A stretch of DNA of 64,000 nt from Paraphysomonas bandaiensis (lineage: Eukaryota > Protista > Chrysophyceae), in contig CBFFRP010000386.1 of the NCBI GenBank assembly GCA_965644295.1, positions 48,922 to 112,921 on the forward strand. Direction: 5' to 3'. Below the pieces are notes generated by a model. That model was given only the letters and a program-made list of their open reading frames with translations. It searched no databases and was not told the DNA's origin. Of this stretch, positions 25,982-36,996 are shown piece after piece. Position numbers and translations under genes: made by a program. The first letter of the stretch is position 1. Every line of letters starts with the position of its first letter.

Positions 25982-27199
25982 ATGGGCGCATCATCAAGCA
26001 TCAGCTCGTCACGTGCAGGAGCGAAGAATGTAAAAGATCCTGATATCATTCGCTGTGTTTGTGGATCCACTGAAGGTCGCAGTTTGTTCTATAGATATCT
26101 ACTGGAGAACAACTGCGAATGTGTTGAGTTTTTCACTCATTTAGAAGAGTTCTTAACGAACCCCTCTCTACTGGAACATTCATATAATGGGCAGCCTTAC
26201 AAGATCCCAAGCAACCTCTTCCAGGCCTCACAACCTGATGAGGCACTAGCGTACAAGACAAGCACGTTGTTTCGGTACCGAATGGATGCATCATTGAGTT
26301 CTATGGCTTATCTCCTCGTGCTAAGAGAGTATCCCAGACTGTCGCAAAACCGAAGCCTGATAAATAACTTACTGAACTCCCAGGAAATTAAATCCCTTAA
26401 GTCCGCTACAGATAAAATGAAAAGGTCGGTGGATGCTAAGCACCAGTTACTTCAGGATGTTGTAGAATACGTCTCGTATTCGGACATATATAACATCTCC
26501 ACTGAGGCGGAGTGTCTACAATCCTTTTTCAGGGCAATGGACATACTTCCACTCTGTGTATCCATCACAATGGCAATTCCCGGAAACCCACTCATATTTG
26601 TAAATAAGGCATTCGAGCTTTTTACTGGTAACTCAACCTCACTCTGTCTATTTGTATTAATATGGTGGTGCACAGGGTACAATCGTCATGACGTGAAGTT
26701 CGTCTGCTCGCGGTTTCTTTGCTGTCCCGTGACCGAGCAAGAAAGTCTCGATCGCCTTATCGCAGCATGTCGAGAAGGGGTCCCCGAAAAGGTAGTTATT
26801 ACCAATAAAACTCGCGACGGAACTCTGTATAGAAACATGCTCGCTGTGAAGCCTATTTTCGATACTAACAACAGGTGAGTGTGCGTGTCTGTGGTAAATA
26901 TTGACTGTATAATGTACTTTCGGTTTTAAAAGATAACAAAAATTGTACCACGACTATATTATACCCTTTCATGTTCTTGGTTGCGGTGTTTGGTACCTGT
27001 CATATCGTTTGTTGTCTAATGTGGAGACAGGCATCGATTTATGGTATCCATACAACTCCCAACGATGCCCGTTAAGGATGTAATATACGACGGTCCTGAA
27101 CTTACTATAATCCAAGATATCCTAGAACTCATTCCATCAGTTCTCCCGACCGCTGTAGCCGACACGGTGGAGCTCCCAGACCGTTTGAGATCACTCTAA
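25982..27199 (+). CDS. RGS-like + LOV/PAS domain protein (helmchrome/RGS-LOV related)
   Basis: MGASSS myristoylation-like start; RGS-like EGRSLFYRYL..VEFFTHLEEF; LOV-like PGNPLIFVNKAFELFTGY..CSRFLC..ITNKTRDGTLYRNML..FMVSIQ. Introns at 26628-26675 and 26875-27030. Confidence 0.8.
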
Positions 27200-28097
27200 C
27201 CTCTGAAGCCATATGCCGAAGTTGGAGAACTTAATGAAAATATATGTGGATTACGCATTCTGTTAACAGACTGCAATTTTTGAAGTGTTTTGGTGCGATT
27301 TTTATTTGCCTCAATCAAAACACACACATCAAAATATCGACTGAACACATATTTCATGTAAGTCGTGAAGTTAGTTATTGGTAGAGTAGAAGGAATATTC
27401 CAGTATTTTTATTGTGTCTAGTCTAGAACTCGATGTCGACCAACACAACTCCACCTACTATGACGATAGTACAGTGTGGAAATAAAATTGTCATGAGTTT
27501 ATTTTATGCAAATGAAGCAGAGTCGACGAGGTGCAATTGAGATTATGTTGTGAGAAATTGACATTATTAACCTTTGAAATAAGTTAACTAAACTCAGTAA
27601 ATACAGAACTTTAATAGTATTGTAATGGCCATATATTTGTTATTGTTTTTACCATGAAAGATTTAGTTATATTTATCCATCGTCCCGTACAGGGAGGGCT
27701 TCTTTCTATAGGTCAATCGTAACTTATCCCCGCTTTGTCGATAAAAAAAGTGTACCTCCTCCAGACTCCAGACCTAAGTTATTTCGATTCTTGCGCATGA
27801 GCCATGTCTTGAGTTTATTAAGCAAGCAAGCTACTAAAATAGCTAATATTAAGTTTTCAACATCATGAAGATAAGCTACAATAATTTAAACTAGGGATAA
27901 GGATATTTTTTACTACTTTCTTAGATGGTTCAGTTTTACAGCAATAAAAGTCACTTATACATTAAATTTTGTTGATTAAATGTATACCTGTTACAAAGTC
28001 ATGTCGCTGAAATATATAACATATATCTTACCTCAGAAATAGTACATCTTAAATTGTGTTTACGTTAGAAACTTGTTCGCCAACTGCGAATGTTGGT

Positions 28098-29833
28098 AGT
28101 AGTGAATGTCTGATTATTTAGCAATAGGCGTTGAGACCTTGCATCAATTAGTGGCTAGAAGAATGCTAGTCATACTAGTTAGACCACTACCCGTAACTAA
28201 TCAATACAAACTCTTTTATCCTACTATTTAACGCTACGAAAGCTGCTTGTGCGTCGCCGCAAGCACCAAGGTGCAACCACTTCCGTTCTTTTTGTGTGAT
28301 ATGAAATTCGCCTTTATGGTGTGTCCGTGGACTCACCGGCGCTATTGATCTGGGGGTCTCCCTTTGGGATGGGTCTCCATTGGTTTTGGAGGGGGCTCAG
28401 CGTTCTGAATTAGGGTCTTGAGTGCACCTAGTTCCAGATGTGTGGGTTGAGGGTGGTGGGGATTGTTGGGAGGAGGGGTAGGGTTTGTAGTCTGTGTTAC
28501 TGTGCTCCTGTGGGGCCGCGGGTGTAGATAGAGTTGTCGAAGCCGTCGGCGTTGTGGAGGTCTGGGCAGTCCAGTGCTCTGTCGGGTAGGACCTGTGAGG
28601 TGTGCACGTGTGTCTGGAGTCGGATACGCTGTGGGGGGTCGTCGTTGGACCCCTAGTAAGCGAAGGACTCTCGGACGTTGTCTTGACTGACTGCGTTTCG
28701 GACGGGGTCTCGGGAGTAGCCTGGGCGGCCTTTTGGACATGGTGATATAGCGACAACCGCGATCCTGTAACATAAGCTTCGCTGCAGTGTAAAGCGGTTG
28801 CAGGAGATTAATAACCGCTGTTTCTAGGTTCCGTAGACTGTGTGCCGTCAGGTGGTTGTGTATGGCATCTCCGAAGACCGTTTCCAGTTGGGCTACTGTG
28901 ATGGTTCCAGTCCAGTATCTCTCGACCTGTGGGATGGAGGGATTCCAGGCTCTGCTGGAGAGTCTCCGTAGTGCAGATGTGATCCAGTTGGGTAAGGTCT
29001 GAGTTCTCTGTATTTTTTTATGCGATTGAAATGCAGTTTCCCTTATTTGGGTGATGGATTCATGTGTGCAGTCGAGGCACATATGTTTTAGGGAATCTAG
29101 TCGAAACCCGCAGTCAGAGCATGCGGCTTTGGTCAGGTCAAGCCCCTGTTTGGTTTTGGCCCGGTTCCTCCCTATGCAGAAAGATTTGTCCCATGTCAGT
29201 GCCGTGTTGAGTATTCTTTGGCGTAGATTTGAGCTGAGTTTGTCTTTGGATGCACTGCCATCCGCTTGAGCTAGTTTGCGCGGGAGGTGTACTCCGCTAT
29301 TGGTCCAGTAGCCAGGCGCTCGATCAGGATTGTGTCCGTAGCGTTGATCTCTGGTTGAAGTGTAGTTCTCAAGTGTCCTTAGGTCGCAGAGATCCTGGAA
29401 ATTAGTAAGGAGTGGGCTAGAGTAGTATGGCCGTCTTGTACTGTGCATACGCCAGTGCCATAATCCAGCAGTTAGTAAGCGTTCGATGGCACTGTCAATC
29501 GCAATTGTACAGACAGTGTAGTTATTTTTTCCAAGGATGCGATCGACTTCATGCCAGTCTTCACCCGCAACTGCGTCAGCAATATAGATGCCCTTGTCCT
29601 CAAACGTCCACTCCGTTTCATCTGTGGTACGTCGTTCGGGATGAGACCTCACCCAGGTCACCTGTCGTTTGCAATCTCTGCTGGCCGCGATGCTTTCGAG
29701 TAGTACCCCTTTTGCACGGTGACCGAGAGCTCTGCGTCTTGTGGAGAGTGCTTCCTCAGTGCGGGTGCACACTGCCTGACAGTCTGTGTGGCTTCTTATG
29801 TGTTCGGGAATACGTGTTGAGAGTATAAGCCCC
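28098..29833 (-). mobile_element. 5'-truncated non-LTR retrotransposon (LINE): RNase H C-terminal half, CCHC zinc finger, Pro/Arg-rich tail, 3' UTR
   Basis: Uninterrupted frame with HTDC..VTWVRSHPE..GIYIADAVA (RNase H) and CSDC..LKHMCLDC. 8-bp TSD ATGTTGGT at 28090-28097 and 29834-29841; short (CTA)n tail. Confidence 0.85.
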
Positions 29834-29869
29834 ATGTTGGTGACGAAGAATAGCATGTGTGTAATGTCA

Positions 29870-29985
29870 TTTAATTTGTTCTGTAAGTACATGCGAGTAC
29901 AATTTATGTCTAGGTTTCTATGTAACAAGTAAGTATTGACTGGGTTGAATATAGTAGTAGTGAACGTCTGATTATTAGCAAAATA
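29870..29985 (-). repeat. Isolated LINE 3' terminus with extension also seen at 15640-15745
   Basis: Reverse complement reads GCTAATAATCAGACGTTCACTACTACTATATTCAACCCAGTCAATAC...ACAGAACA. Confidence 0.7.
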
Positions 29986-30004
29986 GGGCCGACCTCATAA
30001 AGTT

Positions 30005-30322
30005 AGCATCCGGGAATGGGCCCACCTCATGGGCATCCGGGCTGTTCACCTTAAGGACTCAAAAATTCTGAATTCAGAAGATGTCAGGTATATATATATC
30101 AACATTCTGCTTGCTCACTGTGTTTGCTTTGAGTAATGAAAGTGGTTGCACCTTGGTTCTTGCGGTGATGCACAAGCATCGCCGTAGCGTTAAATAGTTA
30201 GAGTTAAGCACTCTACTTAGTTATAAATAGAGATGTTATATATATATTATTATTAGTTCTGACTCTTAAAAACACCTGACCTACTGTTACTACAGTAATA
30301 ATCAGACAATTTTTCACTACTA
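30005..30322 (+). mobile_element. 5'-truncated retroposon family copy D
   Basis: GCATCCGGGAATGGGCCCACC... through TAATAATCAGACAATTTTTCACTACTA. Confidence 0.75.
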
Positions 30323-31609
30323 GAGTCAGTTTAACTAAAATGTAGATTTCTTATATATAGTAGTACTGTCTCTGACTACTGTATTATTCAAGCAGCAGTG
30401 AAACTTCAAGAGCCTTAAACAGCTTTTCATTTTGCTCAATACTGCAATCAGTACTCAACATTTTTACCTGATTTGGATTCTCAACAAAATACTCATATAA
30501 TCTTAGCACTGGGAAAATATAGACGTTCAACTTCAATATGCGGTTCAAATAGAGACTATCTTCTACTTCTTACTTCTTGTACGATATTGGCAGTAATTAT
30601 GTTGCACAGTTTTATGGAAACCACAATAATGTTATAAGCAAACTTTAAAAGACTCCTAGAGATATATTTCATCCTTTATCTGCTTACGTAATGTAGATGA
30701 TCATAATTACTTTATATCAATGCATGTGATATATATAATATCACTAAAACCAGAGCTTCGCAACAAAAATTCAAGAAGTAAGAAGTCTTCTAAAATGCTT
30801 AAAGTGATTTTTGTAGCAGTGGAACTCGTCTTCTCAGGGCTTGGGTCAACTGAAACATTATATTCCCCGGAATCTTAGTAGCAACTGTCACAGTTTGTAT
30901 ATAGCAACTGAGAGGAATTTGTACATATATGTTGTGATGATGACGGTACATATTGTTTACTTATTTATGTGCTGTGTATATGATATATGCAACACATCGT
31001 CCAGATAAACACAACCCTGAGAGGGCTGGGTTCCACTGCTCATAATTGTTTTCAGCATAAGATGATCTGACATTTGAACTCTCCAGCAAAATTGTAAATG
31101 TCCTGGTTTTAATGGTAGATTACTTACTTGCATATCTATAGATATATATTATTATAATAATTGTGTGATCATCTACATAATAATAAGATAAAAAGAAAGG
31201 AATAATATTCGATTAGGGTTAGGGTTAGGTTACTAGTGTGCATCAGTAACATAATCAGAACAAACTTTCAAAAATGCGCAAAACCCCAAAAATATGGGAT
31301 TTAACTAAATCCAATAGAGGCTACAGACTAAGCATATATATAGTTGTTGGAGTCTTCGACTGTTGACTTTTAGCCTATGGTGGTTTGTCTAATATTATAA
31401 TGAAGCTACTATCAAAGAACTTAGATAGAAGATAGTTTATGTTCGAATCGAATATATACTGAAGTCTAAATTAAGATTAAATTTTATAGCTAGTCGTGAT
31501 TATAGGATAAGGACATTAATCGATGACTACATAATATTATATAAAGAATAAATACCTAATAGTTTAATAGCAAGACACGATTGTACAGTCAGTCACGAGT
31601 CAAGTAATG

Positions 31610-31840
31610 TATATTATGTCCCTACTCAATTGAACCGACGTTCCTACTAAATTTCCCTATTAAATTAAAATGGCAGCTGAGCCTACTAAATTTTTCAAAC
31701 ACTCATACTAAGTTAATAATCTTATTCGATTCTACTATATTTCAATAGGGCTCAACTGCCATATTTAGTCTAGTAGGAACGTAGGAACATCTGCAAAATT
31801 TAGTAGGAACAAATAGAACTTTTTAGTTTAGTAGAAAAAA
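31610..31840. mobile_element. MITE-like element, inverted homolog of 7110-7368
   Basis: ATTAAAATGGCAGCTGAGCCTACTAAATTTTTCAAACA closely matches the reverse complement of 7225-7265. Confidence 0.6.
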
Positions 31841-31882
31841 CTAGAAATATAGTAGAAATTGAAAAAACACAGTATCCAACAT

Positions 31883-32536
31883 GGGATCTATTATTGAACC
31901 TAGTCAAATTAGTGTAATTTCCTAGTCACACCAAAATTGGTGTAAAAACCTAGTCAAGCGGTTGAAAAACCTAGTCATTTAATAATTCATATTTTCAGTT
32001 TACAATGACTAGGTTTTATGGTATTCACCTAGTCAAAAATAAAAATTTTCATTCAAACATGGGAGCATACTCTGGACTAAAAATAGGGAGATTTATGCAC
32101 CCCTGAAAGCCAATGCAGCAATCGAAGTCATTCATTCAGTTCTGAAGTGAAGGAAGATGAGCGCCATCACTCACAGCATATGAAGATCTCAAGATGTCCT
32201 GCGGATCATAGAGTGAGTTATACCCACAGCTTCATGGACCCTCCTCCCCATACCACTCACAGGGACCCATCGCTATATACATACATGCTATAGATAGGCT
32301 AGATAGACATACACGTACATCTGTGTTATGTAGATATGTATATATGAGCTTATTGTTATGTTTGAGTGTTTGTTTTGATGCTCTGTAAGCCACTAATATA
32401 TTGTGTGGTGTGAGATAGTATCTTAGACAGTCACAGTGTGTAATCAATGGATATAAGAACGACTAGGTTGAATACCAAAGTTGAATAGCGTGACTAGGTA
32501 ATTCAACCAATTTGACTAGGTTGAATAATATTTCCC
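31883..32536. mobile_element. Non-autonomous Mutator-like (MULE) element, 654 bp
   Basis: Imperfect TIRs GGGATCTATTATTGAACCTAGTCAAATT / AATTTGACTAGGTTGAATAATATTTCCC, CCTAGTC subterminal repeats, 9-bp TSD ATCCAACAT (31874-31882, 32537-32545). Related ends at ~16390-16432 and ~56392. Confidence 0.85.
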
Positions 32537-33022
32537 ATCCAACATAGTCTGATGATAATTCAATTCATTGTTGTTCACGTATATAACATAATTTTTATAT
32601 AATTGGTGAATCTAAATGATCAATCATCTATCTTAGTCCGGCGCTAGTATGAGCGTTCTGTTGAACTCGTTTTTTTAGACTTACTAGGGATATTTTTTCA
32701 TCGGAATGCTGTCCATAAAATAAAGTTAATAGTGAATAGCTATCTCGTTCGTTAGTATATAATTGATATTGAAATTCATAAAGATTAGAGGTTGCGTAAA
32801 ATACGACTATACAAGACGGTGCCTTCGAAGAAAAGAAATTAACAGCGCACTGGCTGCTTACTCACAGTTCATAGAAATGCTTCATTATCAATTTCAAGAA
32901 GTGCTAAACAAACGATAATCTCGCTGCCAACTACTATGACTTACACAAGCATCCCAAGACACCAGAAAACCAATAAACAGTACCCTCACATTGACGAAGT
33001 GTATATAAGGCTAATTATCGAG

Positions 33023-36000
33023 CTAAACTTCCTCCATGGACTCTTCTACAACCTCTGTGATGACAAACCCCTCCATAACAGCCGCCACCGGCCTCCTGTC
33101 TGTACTGGCCATCTCCGCCCTATCCTTGTACCCAAGCAGCACTGGGGTGGTGTGGGTCTACGAGCAGAAGTATCTCGTAAGTATTCACAGATACAATGTG
33201 ATATCTTGTACAAGTGTACCAAATAAATAGAACAATACATTGGTAAATATCATTGTATTACTGCTATACCTGGAATCCTGTGATGGTTCTAGGTCTACCC
33301 GCTTGTCCCACAGTCTCAACAGCCTGTCCGACCCTCACAGTACATTTGTTAAGCTCCAACTGGCCGTTTAGGGTGGCCATGAACCGTGGGTTCATAGATG
33401 GAGTCAAAAAAAACAGAATATAGTGAAATTTGTCGAGAAGAGTGCCCTGTATATCGACGCAGGCGTGCAGAATAGTCAAAATACCTGCCACTGATGACCC
33501 ATTCATGAGTAGCCTGTATAAACGGATTGAGCTTTATAACGTTACAAATAACAGGCAACATACGAACACACAGTATACTACTGCAGCTTGTAACTTAGGG
33601 TCTTGCTATTACCTGTCCGAGTGGAACGGGCTAAGAGTCAAAAGACCTTTTCCCATGGCATTAAGACCCTGAGCCAATCTCACAATGAACAGGTGATTGG
33701 CCTCTTTCGCATAGAACTCCGACAGCTGACGCAGCAGGCCGGCTACTCTGGAGTTATTAGAGCCGGCCGACACCAACCCTATAACATTGGTATCACTCGT
33801 AAGAGCAACGTAACAAAGTGTACTGCATGATATGTCTCTACTTTATGTGTCAAGCACAGTGCTATTACTGACTTTCATGAAATTCAAACAGAATACACAT
33901 TACAATAACGTAGCAAGGTTTATCTGCAAACACATAAGATACCTAAACTGAATATAGCACTCTGAGCTACATGGGCATCCCCATCATGACTCAGCCTAGA
34001 CAACTGATCTATGACGGAGTAGTCTGGATTAGAGACATACAACAGAGCTAAAGCAAGTGGGACAACGCGTTTAACAGTAATGCCGCCGTAGTGGAGCAAA
34101 TGATCGAAGGTTCTAAGACTCATCTCGGTACCAATATCCTCTCCTACTGTCATGAGGGCAATACCAATCACGGCCACAGCTTGGTGATCAGAGTTTTCGG
34201 ATTGATGTTCCGCACATACGTGCAGCATCCGCTGAATCATGAGGACATTACCGGTACCAGCATATGCGCAGGTTTCCAAAGTTATATCCGCATACTTTCC
34301 CATTTTATGTTCAACTGTTCGGACCGCCTCAATGGTGGCTTCACATCGCTCATTTTTACCAAGGTACAATAGACCCAGGCCGAGACAAAGGAATCTTGCA
34401 GTGGTGTGGTTGAGCTCATCGTCGGATGCCTCCATAAGGCGCTGTACAATAACCCCTGCAATTTCATCATCACAAGTTCCGACAAAAACCATGCCCAGAG
34501 AGAGAGCAGCCAAAGAGACTTCGGTAATGTTACAGTCCTCCGTAGCAGCAACTATAGGAATCAATAGCTCTTGGATCTCCATGCGGCGGGCTGAAGCATA
34601 AGCAATGCCTAATCCACATATCGCAGCACATTTGATACTGCTGGAAGTGCTATCTAAGTACTCTGAGAGCAGGGCCAACGCTGGGTCTGCATCGTTGCGC
34701 ACACCACTTGACACAATACCAATAGCCAAACATGCCCCTGCTTTGATATAATCCTCACGATTATGGAAAAATTTATCTATTTCGTTGAGACCACCATCTA
34801 CATTCCAAAGGAGAAGCATTCCCAAAGATGCAGCAGCAGAGGTCATCCCATGATCTTTGTTTTTGTATACCCATTGGGAATTCTCGGTGGTCATCAGCTT
34901 GTCGGTGCAATGACCAGCATTTACAAAGGCATTTACGAAAGATGACGCCAGGTTCGCCCTGGCAGAGTCCACTGGTGCAGAACTAGTGTTTCGCGACCGC
35001 GGGTTGGGGTGACCCTCCGCAAGATGTGTCTTGTATATGTCTTCTGGTGTCTTCGGCTCGATTACATCTAGGTCGCGAGCGACTGACTGAAAATACTCAT
35101 GGAGTCGGGCATTTCCAATGAGCTCATTAAGCTCTTCATCGTCGCATTCAAAATTATATCGCGAACGAGCCAAAACGAATGCCATTTGCTTTTTCACTAA
35201 ATCTGAGGCCTCAGACTCGTCATGGAAGAGGTCCTCTATTTTGTACATGTCGTCCATTTTAATTGCCACACGCAATGCATCTGTGTGCTTGTTCTGCTGC
35301 TTGTAGATCGTGTAGGCTGTGTTAAACAATTCCGACAGATCGTCTGGGTCAGGCATGTAATCTGCACACCTCAGCAAATACAAGCAAACTCGCTCATAGT
35401 TCCTTTCATCCACTACATCCGCTTCAATTAGTTTAGAAAGCTGCTGTACCTCAAGGAGCAGGTCCACAGCCTCGGCCTCAGCATTGTGATGCATTTGAAA
35501 GGGTATAATATCGTCCACAAGACACATAAGGTCATCCATGTCAGGGTCCACACCTACATGCACTCAATAAAAATCTTGCGTACACATGAATCAACAATGG
35601 GGGTAAATATATGAAAGATAAATAAGTATCATAGTTAACAGCTTATCTCACCAGAAGTGGCCTCTACAAGTCTTCTATTATATTCCTCTGAAATTTCGCC
35701 GGACAGGCTTCGAACGTACTCGTGACCCCAAGACGATATTTCAACACTGGTCCCTTCCAGCTTGAATTTAAGGCACTCATGAGAACCAGGTTCGGCCATA
35801 GTCATTGCCAACACGGAGAGCATATCTGCCATCGTCTGCTTCATATCATGCGCGACATGCCATGACTGATAAACTTTCTTTAGATCGTCATAGAAGGGAC
35901 GCAGCATCTTAAGTGGTTTCGGCACTGAAGTCATCGAAGCAGTCGACGTTCTGATCTCATTACACAAATATTGTAATGCCTGTTCATGTAAGGAGGTGTC

Positions 36001-36180
36001 GGACTCTTGTAACCGATTAACAGCTAGCTCTAGACCGTCTTTTAATGCCTGGTCTTCTTCAGATAATTCTATTTCCACTGATGGTTTGGGTCCCTTGTCG
36101 CCCTTCTCATTATCACTATTAGTGGGCCCTTGACTTCTATCAGCTGATACAGATTCGTTGCTGGACTCCTTTGATGGCAT
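33023..36180 (-). CDS. RPN1: 26S proteasome regulatory subunit Rpn1/PSMD2
   Basis: [86 protein letters not shown]. Confidence 0.97.
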
Positions 36181-36996
36181 TGGTAATTAATTATCCTTGC
36201 TGTAGAATAGTTATGTGCTACGCAACGCAAAGAATGAAATGGCAGAAGAGCCTCACCTCTCTGCACATACACACCTACACGGAGTGCTCTGCATACACCT
36301 ACACACACCTTCATAACACACTCAGACTACTGCCTGCTGTGTGTGTTTGTATACCGTATTACACTGTACGTCATACACCAGTATACCATGTATATGAATC
36401 ATAGGAATACACACTGCTATGTCCTGCTGTATCCAAGAGCAGGTAGTACCAGTAGGAGGAGCAGTACGATACCAGGAGAAAACAGAGAAAAGGAAAGAAT
36501 GCCGTATACCGGTATACTCTGCTGTACTCTGTGCTGTATGCAAAAACTACCTAAATGTAGCCATAAAATCATGGATTTCTAGATTTGACTGGAAGGTATA
36601 CGTCCTGTATTATTTCAGTAGGGACAGACACAATCCTGTCATGTACCCCGGACAAGATTTCGTGGAGTGCACACATCACCCTCTACGTGTGTACGCAGGT
36701 GCCTACAGCAACACCAGTGTACGTATATGTGCATATAGTCTGCACATGTACAGCTCCATACGATAGTTTGGATACGCATAGCTATCAGTGCATGTATTGG
36801 CAGCATTCACATACATATCAGTCGTCCTCTACATTATCGGGTGATTATTTTATTAATCACATGAGTGTGAAGGAACGCGCTGTGTGTATAAGTGTCTCTT
36901 AGAGTTCTGCGATCCCATATTGTGTAGATATGTCTATGTGACTGGACGAGAGCCTGTCTGTGTGTTGTTATCGTTAATTCAGCGCTAACGGTTACA

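Noticed and set aside
29834-29928. N-terminus of the 528-aa ORF as a real start
   Set aside because: It lies outside the TSD; chance read-through from flanking repeat sequence.
34091-35431. Plus-strand ORFs within RPN1 and similar antisense ORFs elsewhere
   Set aside because: Shadow ORFs of well-supported genes on the opposite strand.
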